Positions 8,606-18,002 are shown, counted from the stretch's first letter. The stretch is 44,978 bases of DNA from an uncultured Clostridia bacterium (GCA_905236685.1 CAJOPD010000058.1:1-44978); one strand, 5' to 3'. Notes: a model not told the origin generated them from the letters alone. Translations and numbers: made by a program.

Positions 8606-8822
8606 TGTAAGTGATAATATTGAGATTAAACAAGGAGGGTCAGGTCCCGCATAAACTCGCCCATATCACCACTTTTTGCTCGGGGCGGTACACGCGTACA
8701 GCACCTCTCGTTTCAAAGCTGCGATCTAAACGAGTTTCTTTCAGACTTAGGTTTTGTGCCTTGACAATGCCTTGGGCATATACGCCCGCTGCATTATCCT
8801 TTGCAAGAGGGTTATTTTTATT
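8606..8822 (+). ncRNA. Structured ~200 nt non-coding element; candidate IS110-family left end / bridge(seek)-RNA remnant with no recombinase
   Basis: Extended -10 TGaTAATAT (8612-8620). Nested + strand helices: 8632-8643/8790-8802, GCTCGGGGC 8678-8686/GCCTTGGGC 8769-8777, GGTACA 8687-8692/TGTGCC 8755-8760, CTCGTTT 8707-8713/AAACGAG 8728-8734. GC-rich relative to its flanks. The IS110 link comes from recalled motif resemblance only. Confidence 0.5.
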
Positions 8823-8824
8823 CT

Positions 8825-8853
8825 TCATATTTTCCCGAAAATCTTCATATATT
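8825..8853 (+). promoter_or_regulatory. sigma-E (mother cell) promoter of spoIIID
   Basis: TCATATT-14 nt-CATATATT matches the sigma-E consensus; spoIIID is sigma-E dependent in Bacillus and Clostridium. Confidence 0.7.
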
Positions 8854-8883
8854 GTACCAATAGCTGATTTTAGGGGGATAATA

Positions 8884-9144
8884 ATGAAGGATTATATCGA
8901 GGAGCGAGTTTTGGAGCTTGCAAATTACATTCTGGAAAACAAAACTACCGTAAGAGGAGCCGCAAAAAAATATAATGTTTCAAAATCAACCGTACATAAA
9001 GATATAACCGAAAGGCTTTCGGACTTAAATCCCACACTTGCAGTAAGGGTACACGCCGTACTTGACAAAAACAAGGCGGAACGGCACATAAGAGGCGGTA
9101 TGGCAACCCGTGAAAAGTACCTGCGTCTTTCAAAAATAAAATAA
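8884..9144 (+). CDS. spoIIID: Sporulation transcriptional regulator SpoIIID
   Basis: MKDYIEERV...TTVRGAAKKYNVSKSTVHKDITERL...NKAERHIRGGMATREKY. True start ATG 8884 after AGGGGG; the ORF track extends it spuriously to 8611. Confidence 0.97.
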   Translation: MKDYIEERVLELANYILENKTTVRGAAKKYNVSKSTVHKDITERLSDLNPTLAVRVHAVLDKNKAERHIRGGMATREKYLRLSKIK

Positions 9145-9147
9145 AGC

Positions 9148-9192
9148 AAAAAACTGATAAATCGCAAATTCTCTTGTGGTTTATCAGTTTTT
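9148..9192 (+). terminator. Intrinsic terminator of spoIIID
   Basis: AAAAACTGATAAATCGCAA-loop-TTGTGGTTTATCAGTTTTT. Confidence 0.75.
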
Positions 9193-9330
9193 CTTTATAA
9201 CTTCTTTTAAAACTGTTGTAAAAAAATTGCAAATATGATATATTTGGTATGCAAGATACTATTAGGCAAATTTGTTTTTGGTGCAAAAAAGCTTTTGAAG
9301 CGGCATATCTTTATTTTTAAGGAGGAAAAA

Positions 9331-11217
9331 ATGAAAAAGAAAACATTGAGTCTTTGCGTTGCGGTATTCATACTGCTTAGTATGGCAATTATGCCTGTTA
9401 AGGCGCGCGAAGAAGAAACAGTATCGGCAACTCAGGGCACAAAAATTGAATATGCAAAAAATCGCCAAATAAAATTTGGTCAAACCTATTACTCCTTTGA
9501 CGACATATTGAATATTTACATAAACGGCTCTCTATATATGTCTGTAACACCTGAAACAGAAAATGTAGATACAATACTTTCAAAAGTCATTGATGCTTCT
9601 TTTGAGAATATTAAAATCGCAAGGAAGGATACAAATTCGTATTATAATCAGATTTATGCAGATGCTTATGAAATTGGTCAGGTTACCTCTGTTTCATTTA
9701 AAAACAGTACCGTAACCGTAAAATTTGTGCCGTCTTCCAGCAACATAAGTCAATATAAACAGATTGTTATTCAAGAAGCTGATATTGCAAACGGGAACAT
9801 AAATGTTGATGTTTCGCTTGACGGCAATCCTATCAGCCTTCTTGATATTCAAAGTGATGATATAATCGCAATAAAGACAAACATCTCCCCTTCGGCTATG
9901 AGCATTGATACCGCAAATAACAGCGATGTTACCATTCTTGTTTCAAGGGAAACCACCACGGGCAGATTAACTTATATTTCATATGAAGATAAGGAGCTCG
10001 GTTTCGGCGACACATCTTATAACGCAATTAATGAAGATATTTTCCGCAGTTTTAAGCTTGCTATGATATATAAAGATGTATGGCTTGACCCCTTTGGCAG
10101 AATTTTCGGGTTTAGAGCCGAAATAGATACAACACCGTATGCTATTTTTGTGAAGTTGGACGGTGCGGAGGTTACATTGTTTTGTTATGACGGCGTAAAA
10201 AGAACTTACACGGCTGACAATCCCTATATGTTTGAAGGTATACCCCACCTTGAAAATTCCGACGGAGTGACCGGCAATGATATTTTAGACTGTGTTGTAA
10301 CTTATGTTGCAAAGAACGGTCAACACAAAATTATCAGTATGGAAAGCAAACCTTTAAATAGTAATAATTCGACGACGATAGGCGCCGTTACTGATCCTGT
10401 AAATTACAACGAGCCTTTGAGCAGGCTTGGAGATGCACCCGTTGATGAATTCACCCATTTCATTGACACATCGTTAGCGCAGCGTCCATATAAAGAAGGC
10501 GACTATAAATGGTTTCACGCCGTAAATTACAGCAACTTGCATAGTAATGAGGAATATGCCGGTGCCGCTTACGGAGGAAACTCAACATATGGACTGAGGT
10601 ATTCTTTTGTAGTTTTTAACTATAATTCCACATCAAACGGCGAAATATTTATGCTTGCCTCCGGTCAGAAAGAAGCCCGCCGTTACAATCAAATACTTGA
10701 ACTTGAAGAAGCACCTATCAGCATTTCGGGGATTATGTATGCCCCGATAGCTACAATTGGAGGACTTCTTAAATTGACTATTGAGTATGATGTAGATACA
10801 GATAATATATCAATTACAAATGGTTCCAAAACTTTGAATTTTACAGCTGTTACAGGCGTTGGTCATAACTGCTGCATTATAAACGAACAGATGTATGCCA
10901 ATGCGAATTTTCTCGTCAACGAATTTTTGGACCCCGATTGTGAAATTGTTGAAAATAACGAACTAAGTATTATTGTCAGGAAAAGAGATAAAACACAAAA
11001 TACAATTTTAGGTGATGTAAACGGAGATGAAAAGGTAAATGCCAAGGACCTTACATTTTTTTCAAGGTATTTGGCACACTGGACCGGATACGAAACGATA
11101 GCTGAATTGGCAGCAGATGTAAATAATGACAGCAAGATAAATACAAAGGACAGCACGGTTTTAGCCCGACATATTGCGAAATGGTCGGGGTATGAGGTTC
11201 TCCCTGTTTCAAAATAA
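9331..11217 (+). CDS. Secreted/surface protein with a copper-amine-oxidase-N-like segment and a C-terminal type I dockerin
   Basis: AAGGAGG RBS and ATG 9331; signal peptide MKKKTLSLCVAVFILLSMAIMPVKA; EAPISISGIMYAPI stalk-like motif; duplicated Ca-loops GDVNGDEKVNAKD and ADVNNDSKINTKD. Confidence 0.78.
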   Translation: MKKKTLSLCVAVFILLSMAIMPVKAREEETVSATQGTKIEYAKNRQIKFGQTYYSFDDILNIYINGSLYMSVTPETENVDTILSKVIDASFENIKIARKDTNSYYNQIYADAYEIGQVTSVSFKNSTVTVKFVPSSSNISQYKQIVIQEADIANGNINVDVSLDGNPISLLDIQSDDIIAIKTNISPSAMSIDTANNSDVTILVSRETTTGRLTYISYEDKELGFGDTSYNAINEDIFRSFKLAMIYKDVWLDPFGRIFGFRAEIDTTPYAIFVKLDGAEVTLFCYDGVKRTYTADNPYMFEGIPHLENSDGVTGNDILDCVVTYVAKNGQHKIISMESKPLNSNNSTTIGAVTDPVNYNEPLSRLGDAPVDEFTHFIDTSLAQRPYKEGDYKWFHAVNYSNLHSNEEYAGAAYGGNSTYGLRYSFVVFNYNSTSNGEIFMLASGQKEARRYNQILELEEAPISISGIMYAPIATIGGLLKLTIEYDVDTDNISITNGSKTLNFTAVTGVGHNCCIINEQMYANANFLVNEFLDPDCEIVENNELSIIVRKRDKTQNTILGDVNGDEKVNAKDLTFFSRYLAHWTGYETIAELAADVNNDSKINTKDSTVLARHIAKWSGYEVLPVSK

Positions 11218-11227
11218 AAAAACATAC

Positions 11228-11279
11228 AAAAGGGCTTTTTATTGAATTGAATTAGTTCGCTTCAATATAAGCCCTTTTT
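11228..11279. terminator. Bidirectional terminator hairpin
   Basis: AAAAGGGCTT..ATTGAA...TTCAAT.TAAGCCCTTTT between convergent genes. Confidence 0.7.
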
Positions 11280-11289
11280 AAATACCTTT

Positions 11290-12123
11290 TTATTTTAATC
11301 TTTCTACCAAATAAGGTACCGTTTTTTCAAATTCCACGCCGTACCAATGCTTATCCCTATCGGGCATAGTCACCTTGATACACTCAACCACATAATCCGC
11401 CGCAAGTTTTAAGGCTTCCTTAATATCCATACCGCGCATAATTCCGCCTATTACAACCGACGAGAAAATATCGCCCGTTCCGTGAAATTTTGCGTCAATC
11501 TTTTCATTGAAATAATAGAAAAACTCGTTCTTTTCGCTGTCGTACATAGCAACGCCCAGCTTATCGGGTTCCAAGCTTACTCCTGTCAGAACAGGCGTTT
11601 TTATGCCCATATCCGCAAATTTTTTCAAAATATCCTCGACATACTCCTTGTCATAGCCCTCCTCAACATACGGAACATCAAGCATAAAGGACGCCTCTGT
11701 AATGTTTGGAACTATAATATCTGCTTTTTGACAAAGGGTGAGCATATGATGCGCAAATTCGGGCGTAAATCCCGTATAAAGCTTGCCGTTATCCGCCATT
11801 GCAGGATCGACAAACGCAAGCGCCTTCCCGCGTTTTTTATCGATAAACGCTTTCATCAGGTCAATCTGCTCAAAGGAGCCTAAATATCCCGTATAAATCG
11901 CATCAAATTCAATTTTTTCACTGTCCCAATGTTCAAAAATCTTGGTGATGTCCTCCGACAAATCACGGAAGGTAAATCCCTTAAATCCGCCTGTATGCGT
12001 TGACAAAACCGCCGTGGGAAGTATCGCCGCCTCAACGCCCATTGCCGAAATTATCGGCAGCGCCACCGTCAGCGAGCATTTTCCAAAACAAGATATGTCC
12101 TGTATTGTAACTATTCTTTTCAT
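11290..12123 (-). CDS. pdxK: Pyridoxal/pyridoxamine kinase
   Basis: QDISCFGKCSL, LSTHTGG, TGYLGS, VDPAMAD, PNITEA and HGTGDIFSS (ribokinase fold). TTGACT-17-TAGAAT promoter at 12169-12197. Confidence 0.9.
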   Translation of the reverse strand: MKRIVTIQDISCFGKCSLTVALPIISAMGVEAAILPTAVLSTHTGGFKGFTFRDLSEDITKIFEHWDSEKIEFDAIYTGYLGSFEQIDLMKAFIDKKRGKALAFVDPAMADNGKLYTGFTPEFAHHMLTLCQKADIIVPNITEASFMLDVPYVEEGYDKEYVEDILKKFADMGIKTPVLTGVSLEPDKLGVAMYDSEKNEFFYYFNEKIDAKFHGTGDIFSSVVIGGIMRGMDIKEALKLAADYVVECIKVTMPDRDKHWYGVEFEKTVPYLVERLK

Positions 12124-12214
12124 AATAAACCTCTCTTTCTTACAATACCTACTTAATTGATGTGCTTTATTCTAACACAGAAAGTATGTGCAGTCAAGCA
12201 TTTTGACATAAAAT

Positions 12215-12243
12215 TAAAAAGTCGCTTTTTAGGCGGCTTTTTG
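12215..12243 (-). terminator. Terminator after rpsT
   Basis: AAAAAGTCGCTT/AGGCGGCTTTTT inverted repeat flanked by A/T runs. Confidence 0.6.
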
Positions 12244-12510
12244 CTACGCGTTAATCTTCGCAAGCTTCAATGCAAGCTGTGATTTTTTTCTTGCAGCGGT
12301 ATTCTTATGAAGTATACCCTGCCTTACGCCCTTGTCAAGCTTTTTAACAGCTTCGTTAAACAAAGCCTTTGCTTCATCTGCATTGTTTTCCGCAACGGCT
12401 GTTTCAAATCTTTTTACAGCTGTTTTAAGTGCTGTTTTATGCATCTGGTTGATTAAAGTTTTCTTTTCAATAACCAAAACGCGCTTTTTTGCTGATTTGA
12501 TGTTAGGCAT
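12244..12510 (-). CDS. rpsT: 30S ribosomal protein S20
   Basis: [11 protein letters not shown]...[15 protein letters not shown] 12510 after GGAGGTG; TTGCTT-17-TAGAAT promoter at 12552-12580. Confidence 0.98.
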   Translation of the reverse strand: MPNIKSAKKRVLVIEKKTLINQMHKTALKTAVKRFETAVAENNADEAKALFNEAVKKLDKGVRQGILHKNTAARKKSQLALKLAKINA

Positions 12511-12612
12511 AAATTTCACCTCCGAACAGTTTAATAACATAATACCCGACTATTCTATCACACCGAAACTAAAAAAGCAAGCACTTTTTTAATTTTTTTC
12601 CAATATTTTTGG

Positions 12613-13101
12613 TTAATAACCCCTTGTGCCGTCAAGGCTCTCGTCATTGTCTATCCATTCCTGCACTTTGATAACCCTGAAATCGTCCTTGGTATCCCTT
12701 ATAACAACCTCGTTTATGCCTGCATTTATAACCATACGCTTGCACATTGAGCAACAGCAGCTGCCCTTTACAATCTCGCCGCTTGACATTTCCAGTCCCA
12801 CCAGATAAAGCGTTGAGCCGATAAGCTCGTTACGCGATGCGGATATAATTGCGTTCGCCTCCGCGTGCACGCTGCGGCACATTTCATACCGTTCGCCGCG
12901 CGGAATTTGAAGCTCCTGCCTGATACACACGCCTAAATCGCTGCAATTTTTTCTGCCTCTCGGCGCACCCACATAACCCGTTGAGATAATCTCGTCATTT
13001 TTTACAATTATTGCACCGTAATTTCTGCGGAGGCAGGTGCCCCTCTCCGCTACCGTCTGTGCAATATCAAGATAATAATTGTGTTTGTCGCGTCTTTCCA
13101 T
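12613..13101 (-). CDS. Deoxycytidylate/cytidine deaminase family protein (ComEB-like)
   Basis: TCLRRNYGAIIV, GYVGAPRG, CRSVHAEANAI and CSMC zinc motifs. Start set at ATG 13101 from RBS spacing. Confidence 0.88.
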   Translation of the reverse strand: MERRDKHNYYLDIAQTVAERGTCLRRNYGAIIVKNDEIISTGYVGAPRGRKNCSDLGVCIRQELQIPRGERYEMCRSVHAEANAIISASRNELIGSTLYLVGLEMSSGEIVKGSCCCSMCKRMVINAGINEVVIRDTKDDFRVIKVQEWIDNDESLDGTRGY

Positions 13102-13115
13102 ATGTACCATTCTCC

Positions 13116-13844
13116 TCATATTATTTTTTTATAATATTCAAGCGATTTATACTGCTTATCGCTTTTGCTAAGTATATAGTTCTCGCATATCTGCGAAAGG
13201 ATTTCTTTTGCCGATTTTGATATTTCAAAGGAAAAAAGGCGTTTTGTGTCCGATTTCAATATGTATTTCATCGCCTCTTTTACATCATTTGACAAAAACG
13301 GCATAGCGGGCGTTTTGCAGGACGCACATACCGCTCCGCCCAAAACGGAAAAGGCGGAAATTCCGTCCTCTTTTCCGCATTTTACACAAGCGTCCAGGCT
13401 TGGCGCATAGCCAGAATATTGCATCATTTTAAGCTCAAATACCGCCTTTGCAACACTTAAATCAATATCCTTATATGAAATTGCATACAAAGTGTTCAGC
13501 AAAAGCGTAAGCGGCCCGCCGTCCTCTGCGGAAAAGACATCGCCTGTTATATCGAGAAAATAGTTTGCAAGGGCAAGCTTTTTCAAATCCTCTGATACGG
13601 GATAAAAAGTTTCTATCACCTCTGCTGACTCTGCACGGTAAATATCACCCCTCGTCTTTACAAGAACGAATTCCGAAAAACAAAGAGGCTGGGCTGCCGA
13701 TTTCATACGGCTTTTTTTGCCGCTCACGCCGTAAACGCAGGCGGAAACGGTTCCGAGCCCTTCCGCAAAGAGCGTCAGCATACAGTTTGATTCTGCGTAA
13801 TTTGCCCGTCTTGCGACAATTGCTCTTGTCTTGATGCAGTCCAT
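13116..13844 (-). CDS. recO: DNA repair protein RecO
   Basis: OB-fold N-terminus (YAESNCMLTLF), FELK..GY.P...CVKCG...CASC zinc finger; follows era. Confidence 0.93.
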   Translation of the reverse strand: MDCIKTRAIVARRANYAESNCMLTLFAEGLGTVSACVYGVSGKKSRMKSAAQPLCFSEFVLVKTRGDIYRAESAEVIETFYPVSEDLKKLALANYFLDITGDVFSAEDGGPLTLLLNTLYAISYKDIDLSVAKAVFELKMMQYSGYAPSLDACVKCGKEDGISAFSVLGGAVCASCKTPAMPFLSNDVKEAMKYILKSDTKRLFSFEISKSAKEILSQICENYILSKSDKQYKSLEYYKKII

Positions 13845-13942
13845 TCCTTTTCCCTCGCATTTTTTATTTCACGGTGTAAAAGATAGGAATTTATATCCCC
13901 CGTCGCCTTAAATATATCCCACGAAACTTCTTCAAAATTCAT
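13775..13942 (-). CDS. yqzL: YqzL-like small protein (55 aa), absent from the ORF track
   Basis: Hand translation MNFEEVSWDIFKATGDINSYLLHREIKNAREKEW...; W..F..TG.I..YLL signature, AGGGGG RBS, canonical position between era and recO. Confidence 0.8.
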   Translation of the reverse strand: MNFEEVSWDIFKATGDINSYLLHREIKNAREKEWTASRQEQLSQDGQITQNQTVC

Positions 13943-14005
13943 AAAATTACCCCCTTTTTTTAATAGGGTTGGTAATTTACTCTTAAATATACTGTAACTT
14001 TTTGG

Positions 14006-14896
14006 TTATAGCTCAAATCCAAAGCCTTTTATCATTTTTTCGCTGTTGCGCCAGTCATTTTTAACGCGTACCCAAAGCTCTAAATACACCTTTTTATCGA
14101 GCATTTTTTCAATATCACCCCGCGCACGCGTGGCAATTTTTTTAAGCATTTCGCCATTTTTGCCGATAATTATTCCTTTATGGCTTGCCTTTTCGCAGTA
14201 GATTACGGCATAAATTTTGGTTATACGGTCAAGCTCCTGCATTTTTTCAATTTCAACCGCTATGCCGTGAGGCACTTCCTTATCCAAAAACCACAAAAGC
14301 TTTTCCCGTATAATTTCCGCCGCTATCTGCTTTTCCTGCTGGTCGGTTATTTGCTCGTCATCATAGAATTTCGGCCCTTCGGGAAGGGCTCTTTTCAGCT
14401 CGTCAAGAAGGATATCAGCTCCGTCCCCCGTCTTTGCCGACATAGGTACTATCGCAGTAAAATCGCCAAGGCTTGAATAGTCGGCAATAACAGGAAGAAG
14501 CTCCTCCTTTTTCACAAGGTCGGTCTTGTTTATGACCAGCATTTTATCTGCGCCCGATTTTTCGATTTCCCGTATGACATTTCTTTCAGCTTCTGTTATT
14601 TTCTTTGTGGCGTCTGCAACAAAAACCACGATGTCAACATCATTTATTGCCTCTGATGCGGATTTTACCATAAATTCGCCCAGCTTATTATGGGGCTTAT
14701 GCACCCCGGGCGTATCGGTAAAAATAATTTGATGTCCTTTGTCGTTATAAATGGCGAGTATTCTGTTTCGTGTTGTTTGGGGCTTGTCCGAAACAATGGC
14801 GATTTTCTGCCCCGCCAAAGTATTTAAAAGTGTGGACTTGCCGACATTTGCCATACCTATTATCGCAACAAATCCCGATTTAAACTTTTTTGTCAT
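14006..14896 (-). CDS. era: GTPase Era
   Basis: GMANVGKST, KPQTTR, DTPG, NKTD and KH-domain IIIGKNG motifs. Confidence 0.98.
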   Translation of the reverse strand: MTKKFKSGFVAIIGMANVGKSTLLNTLAGQKIAIVSDKPQTTRNRILAIYNDKGHQIIFTDTPGVHKPHNKLGEFMVKSASEAINDVDIVVFVADATKKITEAERNVIREIEKSGADKMLVINKTDLVKKEELLPVIADYSSLGDFTAIVPMSAKTGDGADILLDELKRALPEGPKFYDDEQITDQQEKQIAAEIIREKLLWFLDKEVPHGIAVEIEKMQELDRITKIYAVIYCEKASHKGIIIGKNGEMLKKIATRARGDIEKMLDKKVYLELWVRVKNDWRNSEKMIKGFGFEL

Positions 14897-15329
14897 TTTT
14901 TCCTCCGAATATTGTAAAAATCAGCAATACGGCGCCAACCGCAAGGCACGGAATGAGAATTTTCGGCGCAGTAAATATGAGTTTTAATGTGCCGCCGATT
15001 TTGGCAATATCGCCGAAAAGGCACAATCCCACCAAAACCGAAAATACAGCAAACACCAAAACCGCCCCTGCCGCCGCGTCCTTTGCAAGCTTTGCAGACG
15101 GTTTTATTTCAGATGTTGCGGTGTCCACCGCCCGTTCTATTGCGGTATTTAAAAGCTCCGCACCGATTACCGAAGATATTGCCGTAAGCAGAACAGCCCA
15201 CTCAAAACGGCTTATTCCGTAAAAGTATGCAAAAATCGATATAAGCACCGCAATCATTATATGAAACCTAAGATGCCCTTCCCTTTTCACTGCACCCCAA
15301 AGCCCTTCTAATGCGTGGTAAAAGCTCAT
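14880..15329 (-). CDS. dgkA: Diacylglycerol/undecaprenol kinase family protein
   Basis: ELLNTAIERAVD...AKDAAAGAVL; lies between ybeY and era. Confidence 0.9.
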   Translation of the reverse strand: MSFYHALEGLWGAVKREGHLRFHIMIAVLISIFAYFYGISRFEWAVLLTAISSVIGAELLNTAIERAVDTATSEIKPSAKLAKDAAAGAVLVFAVFSVLVGLCLFGDIAKIGGTLKLIFTAPKILIPCLAVGAVLLIFTIFGGKNDKKV

Positions 15330-15331
15330 AT

Positions 15332-15826
15332 CTATACCTCCTCCCGAGTTATACCGAGCATATTTAATATTTCTTCCTGACGGGCAAACATTTCCCTTTC
15401 CTCCTGCCCGTCCATATGGTCATATCCCAGTAAATGCAGCATTGAGTGAACGGTCAAAAATGCCATTTCGCGCTTAAAGCTGTGCCCGAATTCCCGAGCT
15501 TGCTCCTTTGCGCGCTCTGCGCAGATTACAATGTCGCCCAAAAGCAGATTTTCGCCGTCCATATCAAAGTCGGAATTTATAATCTCTTTGTTTTCGTCAA
15601 ATTCAAGCATAGGAAAGGACAAAACATCGGTCACGGCGTCAATATTTCTCTGCTCGCGGTTTATACTGCGGATTTCCTCTGCGTCAACTATCGTAACGCT
15701 CACCTCTGCGGAAAAATCACAGCCCTCTTCATCGAGAGTTTTCAGTATTACCTGCTCTATTGTATCCTTTATCCTGTCATCTATCGGCAGCTTGTCCTGA
15801 TTATTTTCCAGTATGATTTCTGCCAT
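15332..15826 (-). CDS. ybeY: rRNA maturation endoribonuclease YbeY
   Basis: TDVLSFP, LGDIVI and HSMLHLLGYDH. Start set at ATG 15826. Confidence 0.97.
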   Translation of the reverse strand: MAEIILENNQDKLPIDDRIKDTIEQVILKTLDEEGCDFSAEVSVTIVDAEEIRSINREQRNIDAVTDVLSFPMLEFDENKEIINSDFDMDGENLLLGDIVICAERAKEQAREFGHSFKREMAFLTVHSMLHLLGYDHMDGQEEREMFARQEEILNMLGITREEV

Positions 15827-16796
15827 TTTTGCGTTTTTTCTCCTGTTCATTATCAAATTTTTCGTATGCTTTTATTATCTTTTGTACCAATGGGTGACGG
15901 ACTACATCTTTTTCGGTAAGAATTGAAAACTCAATCCCCTCTATACAGAAAAGCACCTTTTGCGCGATTTTTAAGCCCGATTTTTTGCCGTCAGGCAGGT
16001 CAATCTGCGTTATATCTCCCGTTACCACCGCTTGCGAGCCGAAGCCTATTCTTGTCAAGAACATCTTCATCTGTTCAGGCGTTGTATTCTGCGCCTCATC
16101 AAGAATAATAAAGGCGTTGTCAAGCGTTCTGCCTCTCATATATGCAAGGGGCGCAACCTCAATCATACCGCGCTCCTGATACCTTGCAAAGCCTTCTCCG
16201 CCCAGCATTTCGTACATACCGTCATATAGCGGTCTTAAATACGGGTCAACCTTATTTTGCAGGTCGCCCGGCAAAAAGCCCAGCTTCTCGCCAGCCTCAA
16301 CGGCAGGACGCGTTAAAATTATTCTGCTGACCTTTTTGCTTTTCAGCGCCGTTACCGCCTTGGCTACCGCAAGGTATGTCTTACCCGTACCCGCAGGACC
16401 TATGCCGAAAACTATTGTGTTTTCGTCTATCGCCTCAACATACTTTTTCTGTCCCAGCGTTTTTGTTTTTATAGGTGCTCCCTTGCTGTTTATTGCAATA
16501 CAGTCCTCGCCAAGCAGTTTTAAATTGTCCGCCTCATTCCCGCCTGCCATTTCCATAGCGTACAGGATTTTCTGCTCGTCAAGCTTTTCGCCCCGCAATA
16601 AAATCTGCATTAAGAGGTCTACAACCTCTCCCGCCTTTTCAATATTTTCCTCATCGCCCGATATTTTTATCTGATTGTCGCGTGTTGTAATCCCAACGCC
16701 GAGCCCCTTTTCCAGCAGTTTTACATTTAAATCAAAGTCTCCGAAAAAATCTCTAAGGTCAATTTCTTCGGGAAGACTGATTATTCTTTGGTTCAA
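15801..16796 (-). CDS. phoH: PhoH-family ATPase
   Basis: GPAGTGKT, RPAVEAGEKLGFLPG, YMRGRT, DEAQN and DVVRH motifs. Confidence 0.96.
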   Translation of the reverse strand: MNQRIISLPEEIDLRDFFGDFDLNVKLLEKGLGVGITTRDNQIKISGDEENIEKAGEVVDLLMQILLRGEKLDEQKILYAMEMAGGNEADNLKLLGEDCIAINSKGAPIKTKTLGQKKYVEAIDENTIVFGIGPAGTGKTYLAVAKAVTALKSKKVSRIILTRPAVEAGEKLGFLPGDLQNKVDPYLRPLYDGMYEMLGGEGFARYQERGMIEVAPLAYMRGRTLDNAFIILDEAQNTTPEQMKMFLTRIGFGSQAVVTGDITQIDLPDGKKSGLKIAQKVLFCIEGIEFSILTEKDVVRHPLVQKIIKAYEKFDNEQEKKRKNGRNHTGK

Positions 16797-17985
16797 TAAT
16801 GTTCACCTCATCAATCCGTTTTTCTGTGCCTATTTCCTCTATAAAATCCATTGTGACGGTTACCTTTACCGTTTCTTCATCTATTTTTTCCGCATCGCAG
16901 TTTTTGCTTACCAGCTGTGCGGGCTGTAACAGCTCGTAAGATATGTCGCGTTCCAGCTCCTTTTGGGCAAAGGCAACAGCCGTTTCATAAGAAATCGGTT
17001 CCCTTTTTGTTTCATACTCTTTAAGCTCATTCACCTTAAAACCTATTCCTATGTACCTGTTTTTGCCCGCTTTTGCGTCAAAATCTCTTTCTGTGCTGTC
17101 ATACTTTTCAAAGCGCACCCTGCTTTTAATATATAACGGTATGCGCCATTTATACAGTTTTAAAGTCAAAAACCGCTGAACTCTTCCCGTGTAGGTTTTG
17201 TAGCAGTAATACTGCTTATATATACCCGATTTTTTATGCTCGGTATATGCTTCTGCCGTTCCCCTCGAATGTACCTGATATCCCTCCGCTTCCGCAAAGT
17301 CGAAAGTGCCCGAAATAATGGTGTCGCCGGCTGTAACCGCTTGATTTTCCGTGACCACGCACCGTCCCTTTTTTGTTATAACGCGCTTTATTGTGCCGTT
17401 TCGCATAGCGATTATGTCACAGGGGATTTTTTCGTCAAACATTTCGGGCGGGAAAACGCTTTTTCTGAGCCTTACGGTTGCTCTCGTTCCTCTTATATAA
17501 ACCCAGCACCAGCAAACATCGTCTGTATGGTTTAATATGATATTTTTCATTTCTTCGGGCTTTTTAAGCCTGAATTTCGGCACGCCCGTTTTCAGTCCCG
17601 CAAGCTCCAACGCATCGGATACGCGCTCCAAATCGACGCCTTTGTCGGCGTCATAATCTATCTCCCAAACAAACTGTGAGCCTGTTACCGTTATCAAAAG
17701 AAAAATTATAATTCCCGCCAAAAAGCCTTTTTTATGCTTTAATCCCGACACAAAAACGGGCAGACCGCACCTTTTAACCACCTTGATTTCGGTGCTGTCC
17801 GTTTCCAAAATCCGATTGAGGCAGGAAAGCCGCGCCTTTACCGTTATGCCGTCTTCCGTGCGGTTGATTTCGCTTAATTTACAGCCCTTTTTCAAGATTT
17901 CCGTTATAAGCTTTTCTTTATTATTACCTGTTATCAACAGTATAACATATCCAACAAAAAAATGGAAGATTTTTATAAAAAACAA
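16759..17985 (-). CDS. yqfD: Sporulation protein YqfD
   Basis: One TM followed by VWEID, PCDIIA..GTI and GDTIISG; yqfC-yqfD-phoH synteny; TTG start after GGAGG. Confidence 0.85.
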   Translation of the reverse strand: MFFIKIFHFFVGYVILLITGNNKEKLITEILKKGCKLSEINRTEDGITVKARLSCLNRILETDSTEIKVVKRCGLPVFVSGLKHKKGFLAGIIIFLLITVTGSQFVWEIDYDADKGVDLERVSDALELAGLKTGVPKFRLKKPEEMKNIILNHTDDVCWCWVYIRGTRATVRLRKSVFPPEMFDEKIPCDIIAMRNGTIKRVITKKGRCVVTENQAVTAGDTIISGTFDFAEAEGYQVHSRGTAEAYTEHKKSGIYKQYYCYKTYTGRVQRFLTLKLYKWRIPLYIKSRVRFEKYDSTERDFDAKAGKNRYIGIGFKVNELKEYETKREPISYETAVAFAQKELERDISYELLQPAQLVSKNCDAEKIDEETVKVTVTMDFIEEIGTEKRIDEVNIIEPKNNQSSRRN

Positions 17986-18002
17986 TTCAAAAACCTCCCA
18001 TT

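Noticed and set aside
8632..8802. Element as SRP RNA, 6S RNA, tmRNA or a group II intron end
   Set aside because: GGTCAGGTCC is not followed by the SRP GGAAGGAAGCAG loop; there are no tRNA-like ends and no domain V. 6S fits by size, but I could not see its symmetric central bubble, so it is not fully excluded without a covariance search.
8640..8828. 62-aa minus-strand ORF (MKNKNNPLAK...)
   Set aside because: No convincing RBS or family; it is antisense to the structured element and overlaps the spoIIID promoter.
8611..8883. N-terminal extension of spoIIID in the 177-aa ORF call
   Set aside because: SpoIIID similarity, the RBS and the sigma-E promoter all point to ATG 8884; the extension crosses the structured non-coding element.
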